64,000 bases of DNA from Fidelibacterota bacterium. GTDB lineage: Bacteria; Fidelibacterota; Marinisomatia; Marinisomatales; Marinisomataceae. Shown here piece by piece: positions 1 to 10,248 of the stretch. The notes beneath the pieces are model-generated. The model made no database searches. It had not been told where the DNA came from and worked only from the letters and a program-made list of their open reading frames with translations. The stretch is taken from NCBI GenBank assembly GCA_018672235.1, contig JABHGE010000021.1, positions 1 through 64,000 of the forward strand, written 5' to 3'. Within the stretch, counting starts at the first letter, position 1. Each line of letters begins with the position of its first letter. Position numbers and translations under genes: made by a program.

Positions 1-1
1 A

Positions 2-1180
2 GCTACAGATGGAACAGATGAGAGTAATGTTGCTACTGTATCTATCAATGTTCTTGATACTACAAGGTTTACCACTACTTTTGGTGGAAGTTTAAGAGAT
101 AAAGCATATTCTGGACTACAAACCTCTGATGGAGGATATATTTTAGCTGGCTATACTCAAACTGGTAGTAGTTGTGATTATGTAATGTATGTAGTAAAAA
201 CAGATACTGGGGGTAATGAAATATGGTCTCAAACATACTATAGAGAGGAATCAGATTGTGATAATAATGATATTATCCGTGATATCAAACAAACCTCAGA
301 TGGTGGATATATTTTAGCTGGATCAGCACTAATTGCTGGAGATCAGGATGCAGCTTTAGTAAAAATAGATGCAGCTGGAAATGAAGAGTGGTTTAAGACA
401 TTTAATGGCGTCTATGGTAATGTTGAAGATGATCAAGCATATTCTGTACTTCAAACATCTGATGGAGGATATATTGTAGTTGGAAGAGAAAAATCTCCAG
501 GTTCTATTGATAATATTTATATACTAAAAACTGATTCATCTGGAAATCAAGAATGGGCAAAAAATTTAGAACAAAATGGACAAGACTCATATGGAGATGA
601 AATAGTTGAAGCATCTGATGGAGGATATGTAGTAGCTGGATCTATTTTTAATGGTACAGACAGTGATGCATATATTATGAAAATTAATTCATCGGGAGAT
701 GTAGAATGGATTAATACTTATGGAAATAGTGGAAACGGAGATTCTGAATCTTTTGAATCTATCAAAAATACTTTAGATGGAGGATATATTGCTGGAGGAA
801 GAATTGAAATTTCTTGGCCTGGTGGAGATTCTCAATTTTATCTAGTTAAAACAGACGTATCTGGAAATCAAGAATGGGTTAAAACATATCAGAGTGGCGA
901 TACCAGTGATCAAGAACTAATATATCATCTCAACACAACAAATGATGGTGGCTATATTACGGTGGGCAACACCAATAAGGGCTATATATATCTTTTAAAA
1001 GTAGATGCGTCTGGAAATGAAGTATGGTCTAAATCTTTTGGTGATGGTAGTGATGATTATAATGCATATCATGTTGAACAGACTTCTGATGCAGGTTATA
1101 TAATTATGGGTGATAGATATTCAGGTGAATATGATATGCTTTTAATAAAAGTAGATCATAACGGTGATAGAATTTTCTAA
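2..1180 (+). CDS. Secreted beta-propeller repeat protein (5'-partial), preceded by the tail of an Ig/cadherin-like domain
   Basis: Frame is open from position 2 (ATDGTDESNVATVSINV..., typical end of a tandem Ig-like repeat); about 7 repeats of (Q)TSDGGYI..G...Y..K.D..GN..W; stop at 1180. Confidence 0.8.
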   Translation, partial: ATDGTDESNVATVSINVLDTTRFTTTFGGSLRDKAYSGLQTSDGGYILAGYTQTGSSCDYVMYVVKTDTGGNEIWSQTYYREESDCDNNDIIRDIKQTSDGGYILAGSALIAGDQDAALVKIDAAGNEEWFKTFNGVYGNVEDDQAYSVLQTSDGGYIVVGREKSPGSIDNIYILKTDSSGNQEWAKNLEQNGQDSYGDEIVEASDGGYVVAGSIFNGTDSDAYIMKINSSGDVEWINTYGNSGNGDSESFESIKNTLDGGYIAGGRIEISWPGGDSQFYLVKTDVSGNQEWVKTYQSGDTSDQELIYHLNTTNDGGYITVGNTNKGYIYLLKVDASGNEVWSKSFGDGSDDYNAYHVEQTSDAGYIIMGDRYSGEYDMLLIKVDHNGDRIF

Positions 1181-1208
1181 TTTTCTAGTTGAAATCTCTA
1201 CAAAGATT

Positions 1209-1342
1209 TTACATTACATTTTTACATTACATTACACATAAGTAGAATAATTAAAATCTTTTGTTCTCGCGATTATTTTTAGGAAGATCAATCTACTCTA
1301 AAATCTTCATTACATTACAGAATACATTACATCTACATTACA
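1209..1342. repeat. Two clusters of TTACA pentamer repeats (1209-1236 and 1310-1342)
   Basis: TTACA at 1209, 1214, 1222, 1227, 1232 and 1310, 1315, 1327, 1338, plus variants ATACA (1322) and CTACA (1333). Confidence 0.85.
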
Positions 1343-1406
1343 ATAAAGGGAAATGATTAAGTCGAATAATATGAAGAGATACAGGTAATTATAGTGGTGA
1401 TAATAA

Positions 1407-1446
1407 GATTTTCAATCCTCTGCTCTACCAACTGAGCTATCGAGCC
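1407..1446 (-). pseudogene. 5'-half of tRNA-Phe(GAA), probable att site / island boundary
   Basis: Minus strand GGCTCGATAGCTCAGTTGGTAGAGCAGAGGATTGAAAATC = tRNA positions 1-40 with D-arm and GAA anticodon; no T-arm or 3' acceptor strand follows. Confidence 0.9.
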
Positions 1447-1518
1447 GTGTAAAAAATTTTAAAAAACTACGCATTATAAGTTATTTAAAAAACACATAAA
1501 TATTTATTAGTTTCAGAA

Positions 1519-2115
1519 ATGAAAAATATTATTATTGCTTCTTCCAATGAACACAAAATATCTGAAATTATTACAAAAATTCAACCTTTTTTTGACAAGA
1601 TCTATTCATTGAGTGATTTTCCTGAAATCGGGGATATAAAAGAAGACGGAACTTCTATTGTTGAAAACTCGTTTATTAAATCAAGGGTTACATTTAATCA
1701 TACTAAACTTCCATCTATGGCAGATGATACCGTATTGGAGGTCGATTGTCTTATGGGAGATCCTGGAATTTATACTGCTAGATATGCAGGTGAAAATGCT
1801 ACATACGAAGAAAATATGAACAAACTATTAGAAAATATGAAAGGCGTTCCTTTTAATGAAAGAACAGCTAGATTTAAAACAGTAGTTACATATATTGATG
1901 GAGAAAATGATTTTTTTGTAGAAGGATGCTTAGAAGGTAAGATACTAGAAGAACGACAAGGAAGCTTAGGTTTTGGTTATGACCCTATTTTTTATGCATC
2001 AAAACAAAAAATATCTTTAGGAAATATGAGCTTAAAAGAAAAAAATGAAATAAGTCATCGCGCGCTTGCAATTCATAAATTTGCAGATAAAATAAAAAAA
2101 CTGATGTATGTATAA
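1519..2115 (+). CDS. rdgB: Non-canonical purine NTP pyrophosphatase (RdgB/HAM1)
   Basis: ASSNEHK, ADDT, PGIYTARY, GFGYDPIF and SHR motifs. Confidence 0.95.
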   Translation: MKNIIIASSNEHKISEIITKIQPFFDKIYSLSDFPEIGDIKEDGTSIVENSFIKSRVTFNHTKLPSMADDTVLEVDCLMGDPGIYTARYAGENATYEENMNKLLENMKGVPFNERTARFKTVVTYIDGENDFFVEGCLEGKILEERQGSLGFGYDPIFYASKQKISLGNMSLKEKNEISHRALAIHKFADKIKKLMYV

Positions 2116-5100
2116 AATTTATCTAATTGCTCTTATTCTATTATCATCTCCAATTTCAGGAGCTGAAAGTCCTAACTCCAGCAATATTATTACTAATCCA
2201 TTCTTGAAAAAACAGGCAGTCAATTTTTGTTTAAATGATTTTTCTAACTATCCCATTGGGATTTTTAATAATGTTCAATCTTTGAATAAGTATGAGGTGA
2301 AACTAGATATTGATTCTGGCATGATATCAATTAGCCAGTCTACTTTGAGTCATCAAAACTTAATTCCTTACGTCTCTTCCTTAGATGGATATTTGAATGA
2401 TCTATATATGAGCAACCAAAGATATAATTTCAGTGAGCCATTCATCTTATCAGCTTCAGATACCACCATTGCTAGTAATAAAGATAGATATTTAGAAGTA
2501 GCTGATTTTAACTTGGGAGCACTTGGAAGAGCTTCCTTGAGAGTGCAGGGGAATATTAACCTAGCCGGGAAGCTTGTTAATCAAGACCAAGAGCTCGTAA
2601 GGTCTTCATATAAAGAACAAGAGAAAACAAATTTTAAATTTGATCAAAAACAGCAATTAAATGTACAGGGTAAAGTTGGTGAAAAAATTACTGTATCATT
2701 AGATCAGAATTCAGAAAGAGATTTTGATTGGGAAAATACTATTCGCGTTGATTATGCTGGCGATGAAGATGATATTTTACAAAAACTGGAGATTGGGAAC
2801 ATTGCACTCACATTACCATCAACTGAGTTTGTAACATTCTCAGGTCAGAATAAGGGTTTATTTGGAATTAAAGCTCTAACACAATTGGGCCCACTGAATA
2901 TTACTAGCATCGCATCCTTAGAAAGAACTAAGAAACAATCTGAAAAATATAGAGGTACTTCTGAAGTAAAAACTAACCAAATACAGGATTACGATTATCG
3001 TAAAAATTTATATTTCTTCATTCATGAATGGTTTAGAAATGGCTCTTCTGATATTATACCCGATAGCGGTTTTCAAGTTAATGTTCCCTCTTACTATCCT
3101 TTAAATAATGGTTTGCATAATATTGGTAATTTGGTAATTAAAAATTTTGAACTTTATAAAATTGACTCTTCTAATAATCCACAAGCAGATCCTGGTACAG
3201 CATACATTGATCCCAATGATACAACCTTTTATAATGACAGCAGTAAAGAAGGAGCATTTATCAAATTGGAACGAGGTTCTGATTATGCAATCAATGAAGA
3301 TTTAGGTTTTATAAGGATGCAGAATACCCTTCAAAATGAAATTATAGCAGCACATTTTGAATTAGCAGATAGAGCAACAGGAACAATCGTTCTGAAAGTT
3401 GGAGCTAATATTGGAGATGAAGGGAGTGCAGTTCTAATATTGAAGATGTTAAAAGCGCAATCATCGCACCCCAATCATCCGACATGGGACCTTATGTTCA
3501 AAAATGTATATTCCCTTGGAGCGACCAACATTGACCAAGCTAGTTTAGAAGTGAAAATCTTAGATAATTTTTCTACACCCGTTAGCGATAGAACGAGCGC
3601 TGGTTCTACATTTTTAAACTTGTTTGGCTTAGACAATCTTAATCAAGCTGGAGCAGATTCCCCTGATGAAGTTATTGATTTTAATAACCCTAATATTGTC
3701 AATCTGAAGACAGGAGAAGTTCATTTACCTGCCTTATTACCTTTTGTATCCAGTAACAACGTAGATGGTGGGAATGAAAATGGTACGTTAGCTCCTTTAT
3801 TACAACAAGGAAAAATGTATAGCAGTACTAATCGTACGGAGTATACAGGTGATTCTCGTTTTACAATTGCTGCAGACTATATAAATCCAAAATCTACAAT
3901 TAATTTAGGTTTTACATTGGTAGAGGGTAGTGAAGAAATTTATTCTAATGGTCAAAAGTTAGAAAGAGGTCAAGATTATCAGATCGATTATTTTTCTGGA
4001 ATGATAATGCTTACCGGGAATATTGATCCAAGTAGTGATTTAGAAATTGTATACGATAAGCATGACCTGGTAACCTTTGATAGAAAAGTGATGATTGGTT
4101 CTCGCGCACAGATAGATTTTGATGAAAATTCATTTTTGGGGATGACAGCTCTATATTATAATCAAGATATAGTAAATAAGAAGGTAGAAGTAGGTTTTGA
4201 ACCAGTTCAAAATTTTATTTGGGATGTCAATGGTCGCTATGAAAAAGACTTAGATAATTTATCTGCCTCATTAAATAAGCTGGATATGTTTAATGCTGAA
4301 AAATTATCCAGATTTACTTTTGAGGGAGAGATAGCGCAAGTGCTACCTAATCCTAATTCTATATCTAATGCCGCTACAGGCGATAGTGATGGCGTAGCAT
4401 ATATTGATGATTTTGAAGGATCAAAGCGAGTAACTAGTCCATCAATACTACGACGATTTTGGAATATTTCTTCTGCTCCATTGAATCTGGATACCGATCA
4501 GCCTTTTGATCAAAGAAATCGAGCAAGAATGTATTGGTACAATCCCTATTCTCAAGTACTAACAAATAATATTTGGCCCAATATATCTACATCACAAAGA
4601 GCGCAAAATCTTACAACAGATATTTTAGTATTAAATTTTGAACCAAAAGAATACCAAGAAAGCATGGATCCAGATTCGATATGGGCTGGTGTTGTTACTC
4701 CAATGTTCATAGGAGATTATGATCAAACAAGAAGTAGATTTTTTGAAATTTGGTTGCGTGGAGATGAAGGAAGTTTAACTGTAGACTTAGGTAAAATTAG
4801 TGAAGACTCTAATGGTGATGGCTCTCTTAATAATGAAGATGTTCCAGATGCAGGGCTAGCGCTTGGTAATGGATTTTTAGAAGATGCTGAAGACACTGGA
4901 CTTGATGGTTGTTTTGATAGCTTTGAAGATGGTTGGGGAAATTGTTTAAGTGAAGAAGATGGATTGAGTTATCAAGATTATTTGACTAGCGGAGAAATAG
5001 TAATTATTAATGCTTCTTCTGATGTTAATGTGAATGATCCAAATGATGATAATTGGGATTATTCTGAAGGAAGCTCAGATTATACAAAGGTGAATGGTAC

Positions 5101-8100
5101 AGAGGGAAATGGTACCGGAGATAGAATTCAAGCAGGAGGTAAATATCCTGATAGTGAAGATTTAGATCAATCAGGTTTCTTAGATAGATCTAATGATTAT
5201 TTTACTAAAACTATTTCTTTGGATGATAGCACATACGTTGCTGGTTCTACTATTGTTAATGGAGTAGAGACAGGATGGAAATTGATACGAATTCCTTTGA
5301 GTCATTTTTCTCAAGTGCAAGATATTACATTAAGTGAAATTAAATATGTCAGGCTTGTAGTATCTGGTATTGATAAGCCATCACAATTAGAAATTGCTAG
5401 AATGGAGCTTGTTGGGAATGCATGGGAAGAAATGGGCACATCATTTGTTGACCAAGAAGAATATGCAGTTCAAGATAGTACATTCCTAGTAACTGTAGTA
5501 AATGATGAAGATAATCCTGACTACATACCCCCCCAGGGCGTATTTGGAGAGTACGATCAAATTAATAAAATACGATCTAAAGAGCAGTCCCTGGTTCTAA
5601 AGTTTGATAATCTAAATCCAGATTTTAAAGGAGCAGCAAAGAAAATCCTATCATCTATGACATCTCAAAAAGGACAAAGTTTCTTGATGTATGATCAAAT
5701 GAAAATGTTTGTTTATGGAGATAGTCCAGATGCATCAGAAAATAGTACTGATTTAAGATTCTTTATACAATTTGGAACCGGAGATGAGTATTACAAACTA
5801 ACTAAGCCTGTTTATGATAGTTGGGATGAAGATCAGGAAAGAAATGCAATTGATCTTGATCTTAACTGGTTGACTAGCTTAAAAAATATGGATGAAAGCT
5901 CTATTGAAAAAATTAATGCCAACGATACATTTACCGATTCCTTAGAGTATAAGAAATATCAGTTTATTAATGATAATAATGAAGAGTATAAAAAAGTTGA
6001 AATTATCGGGAATCCATCCCTTTCTAGATTGCAGTATTTTATCGTTGGAGTTGAAAATAATACAAGTCATCCAATTACAGGTGAGATTTGGTTAGATGAG
6101 CTACGTTTAAGTGGAGTAAAAAAAGAGCAAGGAACTGCCGTAAGATTGAAATCTGAGTTTAATCTATCTGACTTCAATAAGAGTTCTATATCATATAGCA
6201 AAAAAGACGCTGACTTCCATATTTTACAAGAAAGGATTGGAACAAATACTACTAGCGAAAATTTAATCTTTACTAATAATATGCAACTAGGGAGCTTGTT
6301 TCCTCAAAAATTTGGGATTTCATTTCCAATCAACATGACATACAATATGCAAAATAATGCACCAAAATTTTTCCCAGGGACTGATATTAGAACAAATGGA
6401 GCTACTCCAGATTCTATATTGGTTAAGTCATCTACGATCGGTTTTAGTGGTAAAATTTCAAAGCAGATTAAATCAGAGAACCCCTTTATTAAATATACAA
6501 TTGATAATCTTAGCGCATCATTTAATATGTCAGATCAAAATAGATCTGACGAAATTATGAAATCAGTAGATACAAAACGATTAACCACAAACCTTGATTA
6601 CAACCTAAGATTTCCTAGTGATAATTATATTGAAGCATTCAAATGGATGTCCAAAGTACCATTTGTTGGTGAAAAAATTAGCGAAACTAAGTTTTTCTAT
6701 ACCCCAACATCTTTTGTTACAGGATTTAGATTAAATCAAAACTTAACTGAAAAAGAATCAAGATCTAACAGTGATTTGATTGATGATTTCAATTTAGGGT
6801 TAGATAGAAAGCTTAGTATTAATTATAAAGTTTTTGATAATACTCAGTTTACTTATAATAAAAATGTTAGAAGTGATATGTCTGAATATAGAGATAAACT
6901 GCTTGAAAACTTAAAAATAGGAAAAGTTACAAGCAGTACCGAGTCTTTAGGCTCTACTTTTAATCCGCAATGGCTGAGTTGGATTAAACCAAACTTTTCT
7001 TATAACACCAACTATTCATGGAATAAACCGCTATCTACAGTAATTGATGGAGCTAATATTACCGCAGTGAAAAATACAGGAGTTAATTTTGCATTATCTG
7101 GTACTGATATTATTGAAACATTTTATACTCCGGCATCTAAGAGGAAGGCAATAACTCCAACTACTAGATCTAGATCTGCAGCCGGCTTATCAAGAGGATC
7201 AAACCTTGAAGCAGAAGATATAGAAGATGATAGAGATCTTTCATTGGATGATAAAGATAAGAAAAAAGAAAAAAGAAAAATTGAAAATAGTTTTGTAATG
7301 GAAAAAATATATGAGATATCAAAAAAAGTAGAACCTTTAAGCGTTGCTATCAATACAACTACCAATAGAACTGCAAATGGTGTTAAGGGCGATGTACCTT
7401 TGAGTTATAGATTTGGTTTTAGCGATAGTCATGGGTTAGAAAATGCTCCAGAGGTAGGCTTAAATACGGGAGCAGAAGATATTAAAAAATCTCTATCAAT
7501 TAGAACTGGTATCCGTTTTAGTCCTACAACATCTTTAAGTCTTTCATTTTCTGAAAGTATCTCATCAAATATTAATGGATATAATATTGATACCAGATCT
7601 ATTAGTAGAGATTATCTTGCCTACGGAAAGCACCTGTCTAATGGAATACCTTTTTCTAATTGGTCTTTACGTATAGGAGGATTAGAAAAAATTAAATTTC
7701 TTTCGCCTTATGTAAAATCGGTATCGCTTGAGCATGCATTTAGTGGGAAAGAAAATTTATCTTGGAAATTTAATGATGATAGCATTGGCGCAATTGATTT
7801 ATTTAGTATATCATCATTTGCTAATAGCAATTCTGATAATAGGCAATTTTCACGAACTTCGCGTAGTTTTACTCCATTATTAGGCATTACAAGTTCTTTC
7901 AAAAATGGTATATCGACAAATATTAGAACAAATATTACTCACACTTTAGACGAAGTAGCCAATGGGCTAACTTACGTATCTGATAATAGTATTCTAGCTA
8001 GTATAACCTATAATTTTTCCAAAGGAATTAGATTCTCCTTACCATTTACTGAGAAAAATATATATTTAAAGAATAATATGAACATCACATTAAATTTTGA

Positions 8101-8320
8101 TATTAGCCAAAAGAAAGAAGAAGGTTCTAAAGATAAAATCAATTTTGCTGAACAAAACTTTACCAACTCTCGAAAGAGTGTATTACGAGTTACTTATACC
8201 TTAACTGACAATGTCACAGGGAGCTTATTTTATGAATATCGTGAAAATGATACTAGATTAACAGGACGTAGAATTGACCGCGATTTTGGAATAAATATAA
8301 ATGTGGCAATTAGAGGATAA
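2108..8320 (+). CDS. sprA: SprA/Sov-like type IX secretion outer-membrane translocon
   Basis: 2070 aa with signal peptide; SprA-like motifs (LNVQGKVGEKI, EDDILQKLEIGN, GLFGIK, WDLMFKNVYSLG, AYIDDFEGS, GEIWLDELRL); amphipathic beta-strand C-terminus. Confidence 0.85.
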   Translation: MYKIYLIALILLSSPISGAESPNSSNIITNPFLKKQAVNFCLNDFSNYPIGIFNNVQSLNKYEVKLDIDSGMISISQSTLSHQNLIPYVSSLDGYLNDLYMSNQRYNFSEPFILSASDTTIASNKDRYLEVADFNLGALGRASLRVQGNINLAGKLVNQDQELVRSSYKEQEKTNFKFDQKQQLNVQGKVGEKITVSLDQNSERDFDWENTIRVDYAGDEDDILQKLEIGNIALTLPSTEFVTFSGQNKGLFGIKALTQLGPLNITSIASLERTKKQSEKYRGTSEVKTNQIQDYDYRKNLYFFIHEWFRNGSSDIIPDSGFQVNVPSYYPLNNGLHNIGNLVIKNFELYKIDSSNNPQADPGTAYIDPNDTTFYNDSSKEGAFIKLERGSDYAINEDLGFIRMQNTLQNEIIAAHFELADRATGTIVLKVGANIGDEGSAVLILKMLKAQSSHPNHPTWDLMFKNVYSLGATNIDQASLEVKILDNFSTPVSDRTSAGSTFLNLFGLDNLNQAGADSPDEVIDFNNPNIVNLKTGEVHLPALLPFVSSNNVDGGNENGTLAPLLQQGKMYSSTNRTEYTGDSRFTIAADYINPKSTINLGFTLVEGSEEIYSNGQKLERGQDYQIDYFSGMIMLTGNIDPSSDLEIVYDKHDLVTFDRKVMIGSRAQIDFDENSFLGMTALYYNQDIVNKKVEVGFEPVQNFIWDVNGRYEKDLDNLSASLNKLDMFNAEKLSRFTFEGEIAQVLPNPNSISNAATGDSDGVAYIDDFEGSKRVTSPSILRRFWNISSAPLNLDTDQPFDQRNRARMYWYNPYSQVLTNNIWPNISTSQRAQNLTTDILVLNFEPKEYQESMDPDSIWAGVVTPMFIGDYDQTRSRFFEIWLRGDEGSLTVDLGKISEDSNGDGSLNNEDVPDAGLALGNGFLEDAEDTGLDGCFDSFEDGWGNCLSEEDGLSYQDYLTSGEIVIINASSDVNVNDPNDDNWDYSEGSSDYTKVNGTEGNGTGDRIQAGGKYPDSEDLDQSGFLDRSNDYFTKTISLDDSTYVAGSTIVNGVETGWKLIRIPLSHFSQVQDITLSEIKYVRLVVSGIDKPSQLEIARMELVGNAWEEMGTSFVDQEEYAVQDSTFLVTVVNDEDNPDYIPPQGVFGEYDQINKIRSKEQSLVLKFDNLNPDFKGAAKKILSSMTSQKGQSFLMYDQMKMFVYGDSPDASENSTDLRFFIQFGTGDEYYKLTKPVYDSWDEDQERNAIDLDLNWLTSLKNMDESSIEKINANDTFTDSLEYKKYQFINDNNEEYKKVEIIGNPSLSRLQYFIVGVENNTSHPITGEIWLDELRLSGVKKEQGTAVRLKSEFNLSDFNKSSISYSKKDADFHILQERIGTNTTSENLIFTNNMQLGSLFPQKFGISFPINMTYNMQNNAPKFFPGTDIRTNGATPDSILVKSSTIGFSGKISKQIKSENPFIKYTIDNLSASFNMSDQNRSDEIMKSVDTKRLTTNLDYNLRFPSDNYIEAFKWMSKVPFVGEKISETKFFYTPTSFVTGFRLNQNLTEKESRSNSDLIDDFNLGLDRKLSINYKVFDNTQFTYNKNVRSDMSEYRDKLLENLKIGKVTSSTESLGSTFNPQWLSWIKPNFSYNTNYSWNKPLSTVIDGANITAVKNTGVNFALSGTDIIETFYTPASKRKAITPTTRSRSAAGLSRGSNLEAEDIEDDRDLSLDDKDKKKEKRKIENSFVMEKIYEISKKVEPLSVAINTTTNRTANGVKGDVPLSYRFGFSDSHGLENAPEVGLNTGAEDIKKSLSIRTGIRFSPTTSLSLSFSESISSNINGYNIDTRSISRDYLAYGKHLSNGIPFSNWSLRIGGLEKIKFLSPYVKSVSLEHAFSGKENLSWKFNDDSIGAIDLFSISSFANSNSDNRQFSRTSRSFTPLLGITSSFKNGISTNIRTNITHTLDEVANGLTYVSDNSILASITYNFSKGIRFSLPFTEKNIYLKNNMNITLNFDISQKKEEGSKDKINFAEQNFTNSRKSVLRVTYTLTDNVTGSLFYEYRENDTRLTGRRIDRDFGININVAIRG

Positions 8321-8321
8321 G

Positions 8322-9248
8322 ATGAAAAGAATATTATTTTTATTTTTATTTTTAATGAGTTGCAATACAGCATCTAAAAAATCTATAGACATACCTGACT
8401 TTAATTCAAATACAGCATTTACATACCTAGAAAAACAATGTGAGTTTGGGCCAAGAAATCCTGGGTCAGTTGGTCATGTAGATTTTAGTAATTATTTAAA
8501 AGATTTTTTGAATGATTTGCCAGGAAAGCTCACCATTCAAGAATTTTCATATATTGAACCAGTTACTGATATGAAAAGAGAAGGTAAAAATTTTATTATT
8601 CAGTTTAATGAAAAAGCAGAATATCGCTTACTACTTGGAGCTCATTGGGATACAAGGTCTTTTTCTGACCAAGATGAATCTATAGATAACCAGAGATTAC
8701 CAGTTCTAGGAGCAAATGATGGAGCAAGTGGTACTGCAGTCCTTATGGAGCTATGTAGTATTTTTTCATTACACAATCCAGAGATTGGAATTGATGTTGT
8801 CTTTTTTGATGCTGAAGATGGAGGTATTGCTGGGGAGCCAGAAACCTTTGCTTTAGGAGCAAAATTCTTTGCTGAAAATTTACCTATTACAAAACCAGAT
8901 TTTGCAATTATAATAGATATGATAGGAGATAAAAATCTCACTATCCCGATTGAAAGACTTTCCTATAATATTGCTCCAGATAAAGTAAAAGAAATATGGA
9001 GCTTAGCAGAAGATTTATCACTGAGCGCCTTTAAAAAGACTATTGAAAATGAGATTTATGATGATCATGTACCACTTTGGGAAATAGCACAAATTCCAGC
9101 AATTGATATTATTGATTTCAAATATCCAAATATGTTTTATAATTATTGGCATACCCAACTTGATACTCCAGAAAATTGTTCAGCACAAAGTCTAGGACAA
9201 GTAGGAGATTTATTAGTAAATTATGTTTATGGCTCAACTCACCAATAA
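8322..9248 (+). CDS. M28-family lipoprotein, probable glutaminyl-peptide cyclotransferase
   Basis: Lipobox LMSC; GAHWDTR, GANDGASG, FFDAED, DMIG, DDH and WHT zinc motifs; ATG at 8322 follows the sprA stop. Confidence 0.8.
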   Translation: MKRILFLFLFLMSCNTASKKSIDIPDFNSNTAFTYLEKQCEFGPRNPGSVGHVDFSNYLKDFLNDLPGKLTIQEFSYIEPVTDMKREGKNFIIQFNEKAEYRLLLGAHWDTRSFSDQDESIDNQRLPVLGANDGASGTAVLMELCSIFSLHNPEIGIDVVFFDAEDGGIAGEPETFALGAKFFAENLPITKPDFAIIIDMIGDKNLTIPIERLSYNIAPDKVKEIWSLAEDLSLSAFKKTIENEIYDDHVPLWEIAQIPAIDIIDFKYPNMFYNYWHTQLDTPENCSAQSLGQVGDLLVNYVYGSTHQ

Positions 9249-10248
9249 ATTATTTATAGTTTTATTGCTGGCAATCATTGCTTGCGGCGGCGGCGGTTCA
9301 TCACCCACGGAAACTGATCCAGGAGATGGAAATGAAACCAATCCTTATGACTTTCCAAATGCGACTAGTTTGGATCAACTTAATCAAATAGAAATTGTTA
9401 CATGGAATATCCGACAATTTCCACAGCATAGTACTACAAAGAGCTATGTGAAAAGTCTTTTAGAAGTATGGAATGCTGATATCTATTTATTTCAAGAAAT
9501 TTCCAGCGAATCTGAACTAATTAGCATGGTAAACTCAATGGCAGATTATTCTTATGTGGTAGATGACGAATCTGGCAATTTAGGATTTGCTTTAGTATAT
9601 AAAAATAGCACTGTTACTTTTAATTCGAAGAATGAACTTTGGTCAGATACTCCAAATAGCAATGATGGTGATTCAGACTATGAAAATAATGCGCAATATC
9701 AATTTGCTAGCCGTCCACCAATGGAAAATTATATTACATGGACTGATGGTACAAAATCAATGGATCTATACGTAATTGATGTACACTATAAATGTTGTGG
9801 AGATGATAGCTATGACAGTAGTGACCCATCAGATGAAACGAATAGAAGACACCATGCGAGCTTATTATTAACTGATTATGTGATTAATAATAGATCATCA
9901 GATAATGTTATCATTGTAGGCGATTTTAATAACGTAGGCGTACAGTCAGTTACTAATCCAACGATTAGTCCTTTTACTGACCCCAATATTGCCTCTTCAA
10001 CACATTTTCTAATGGTAGATGAAGACATCCTTACTGGTGCAAGTAGTGGATATTCATGGCAAGGTTGGACAAGTTCATATTCGCCAGCACATTTTGATCA
10101 TTTAATTATTAATCAACCTTTGTTCCAGTATGGTGCGACAACAACAACAGGTGTCATTGATACTCCATATGAAACTAATATTGGGGCATCAGATGTGGCC
10201 GATAAAATATCTGACCATCAGCCAGTATTTATGCGATTCTATCCTTGA
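9229..10248 (+). CDS. Endonuclease/exonuclease/phosphatase family lipoprotein
   Basis: Lipobox IIAC-GGGG; TWNI, QEI, HYKCC, GDFN, DH and SDHQPV motifs. Confidence 0.85.
   Translation: MAQLTNKLFIVLLLAIIACGGGGSSPTETDPGDGNETNPYDFPNATSLDQLNQIEIVTWNIRQFPQHSTTKSYVKSLLEVWNADIYLFQEISSESELISMVNSMADYSYVVDDESGNLGFALVYKNSTVTFNSKNELWSDTPNSNDGDSDYENNAQYQFASRPPMENYITWTDGTKSMDLYVIDVHYKCCGDDSYDSSDPSDETNRRHHASLLLTDYVINNRSSDNVIIVGDFNNVGVQSVTNPTISPFTDPNIASSTHFLMVDEDILTGASSGYSWQGWTSSYSPAHFDHLIINQPLFQYGATTTTGVIDTPYETNIGASDVADKISDHQPVFMRFYP

Noticed and set aside
2..1180. T9SS substrate
   Set aside because: Ends immediately after the last propeller blade with no C-terminal sorting domain
1209..1342. CRISPR array
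   Set aside because: 5-bp units with no 23-47 bp repeats or unique spacers; no cas operon
1181..1446. Intact or intron-containing tRNA-Phe
   Set aside because: No T-arm or 3' acceptor strand found in 1-1406; the break is at position 40 rather than a typical group I intron site, and the following sequence is AT-rich repeat DNA
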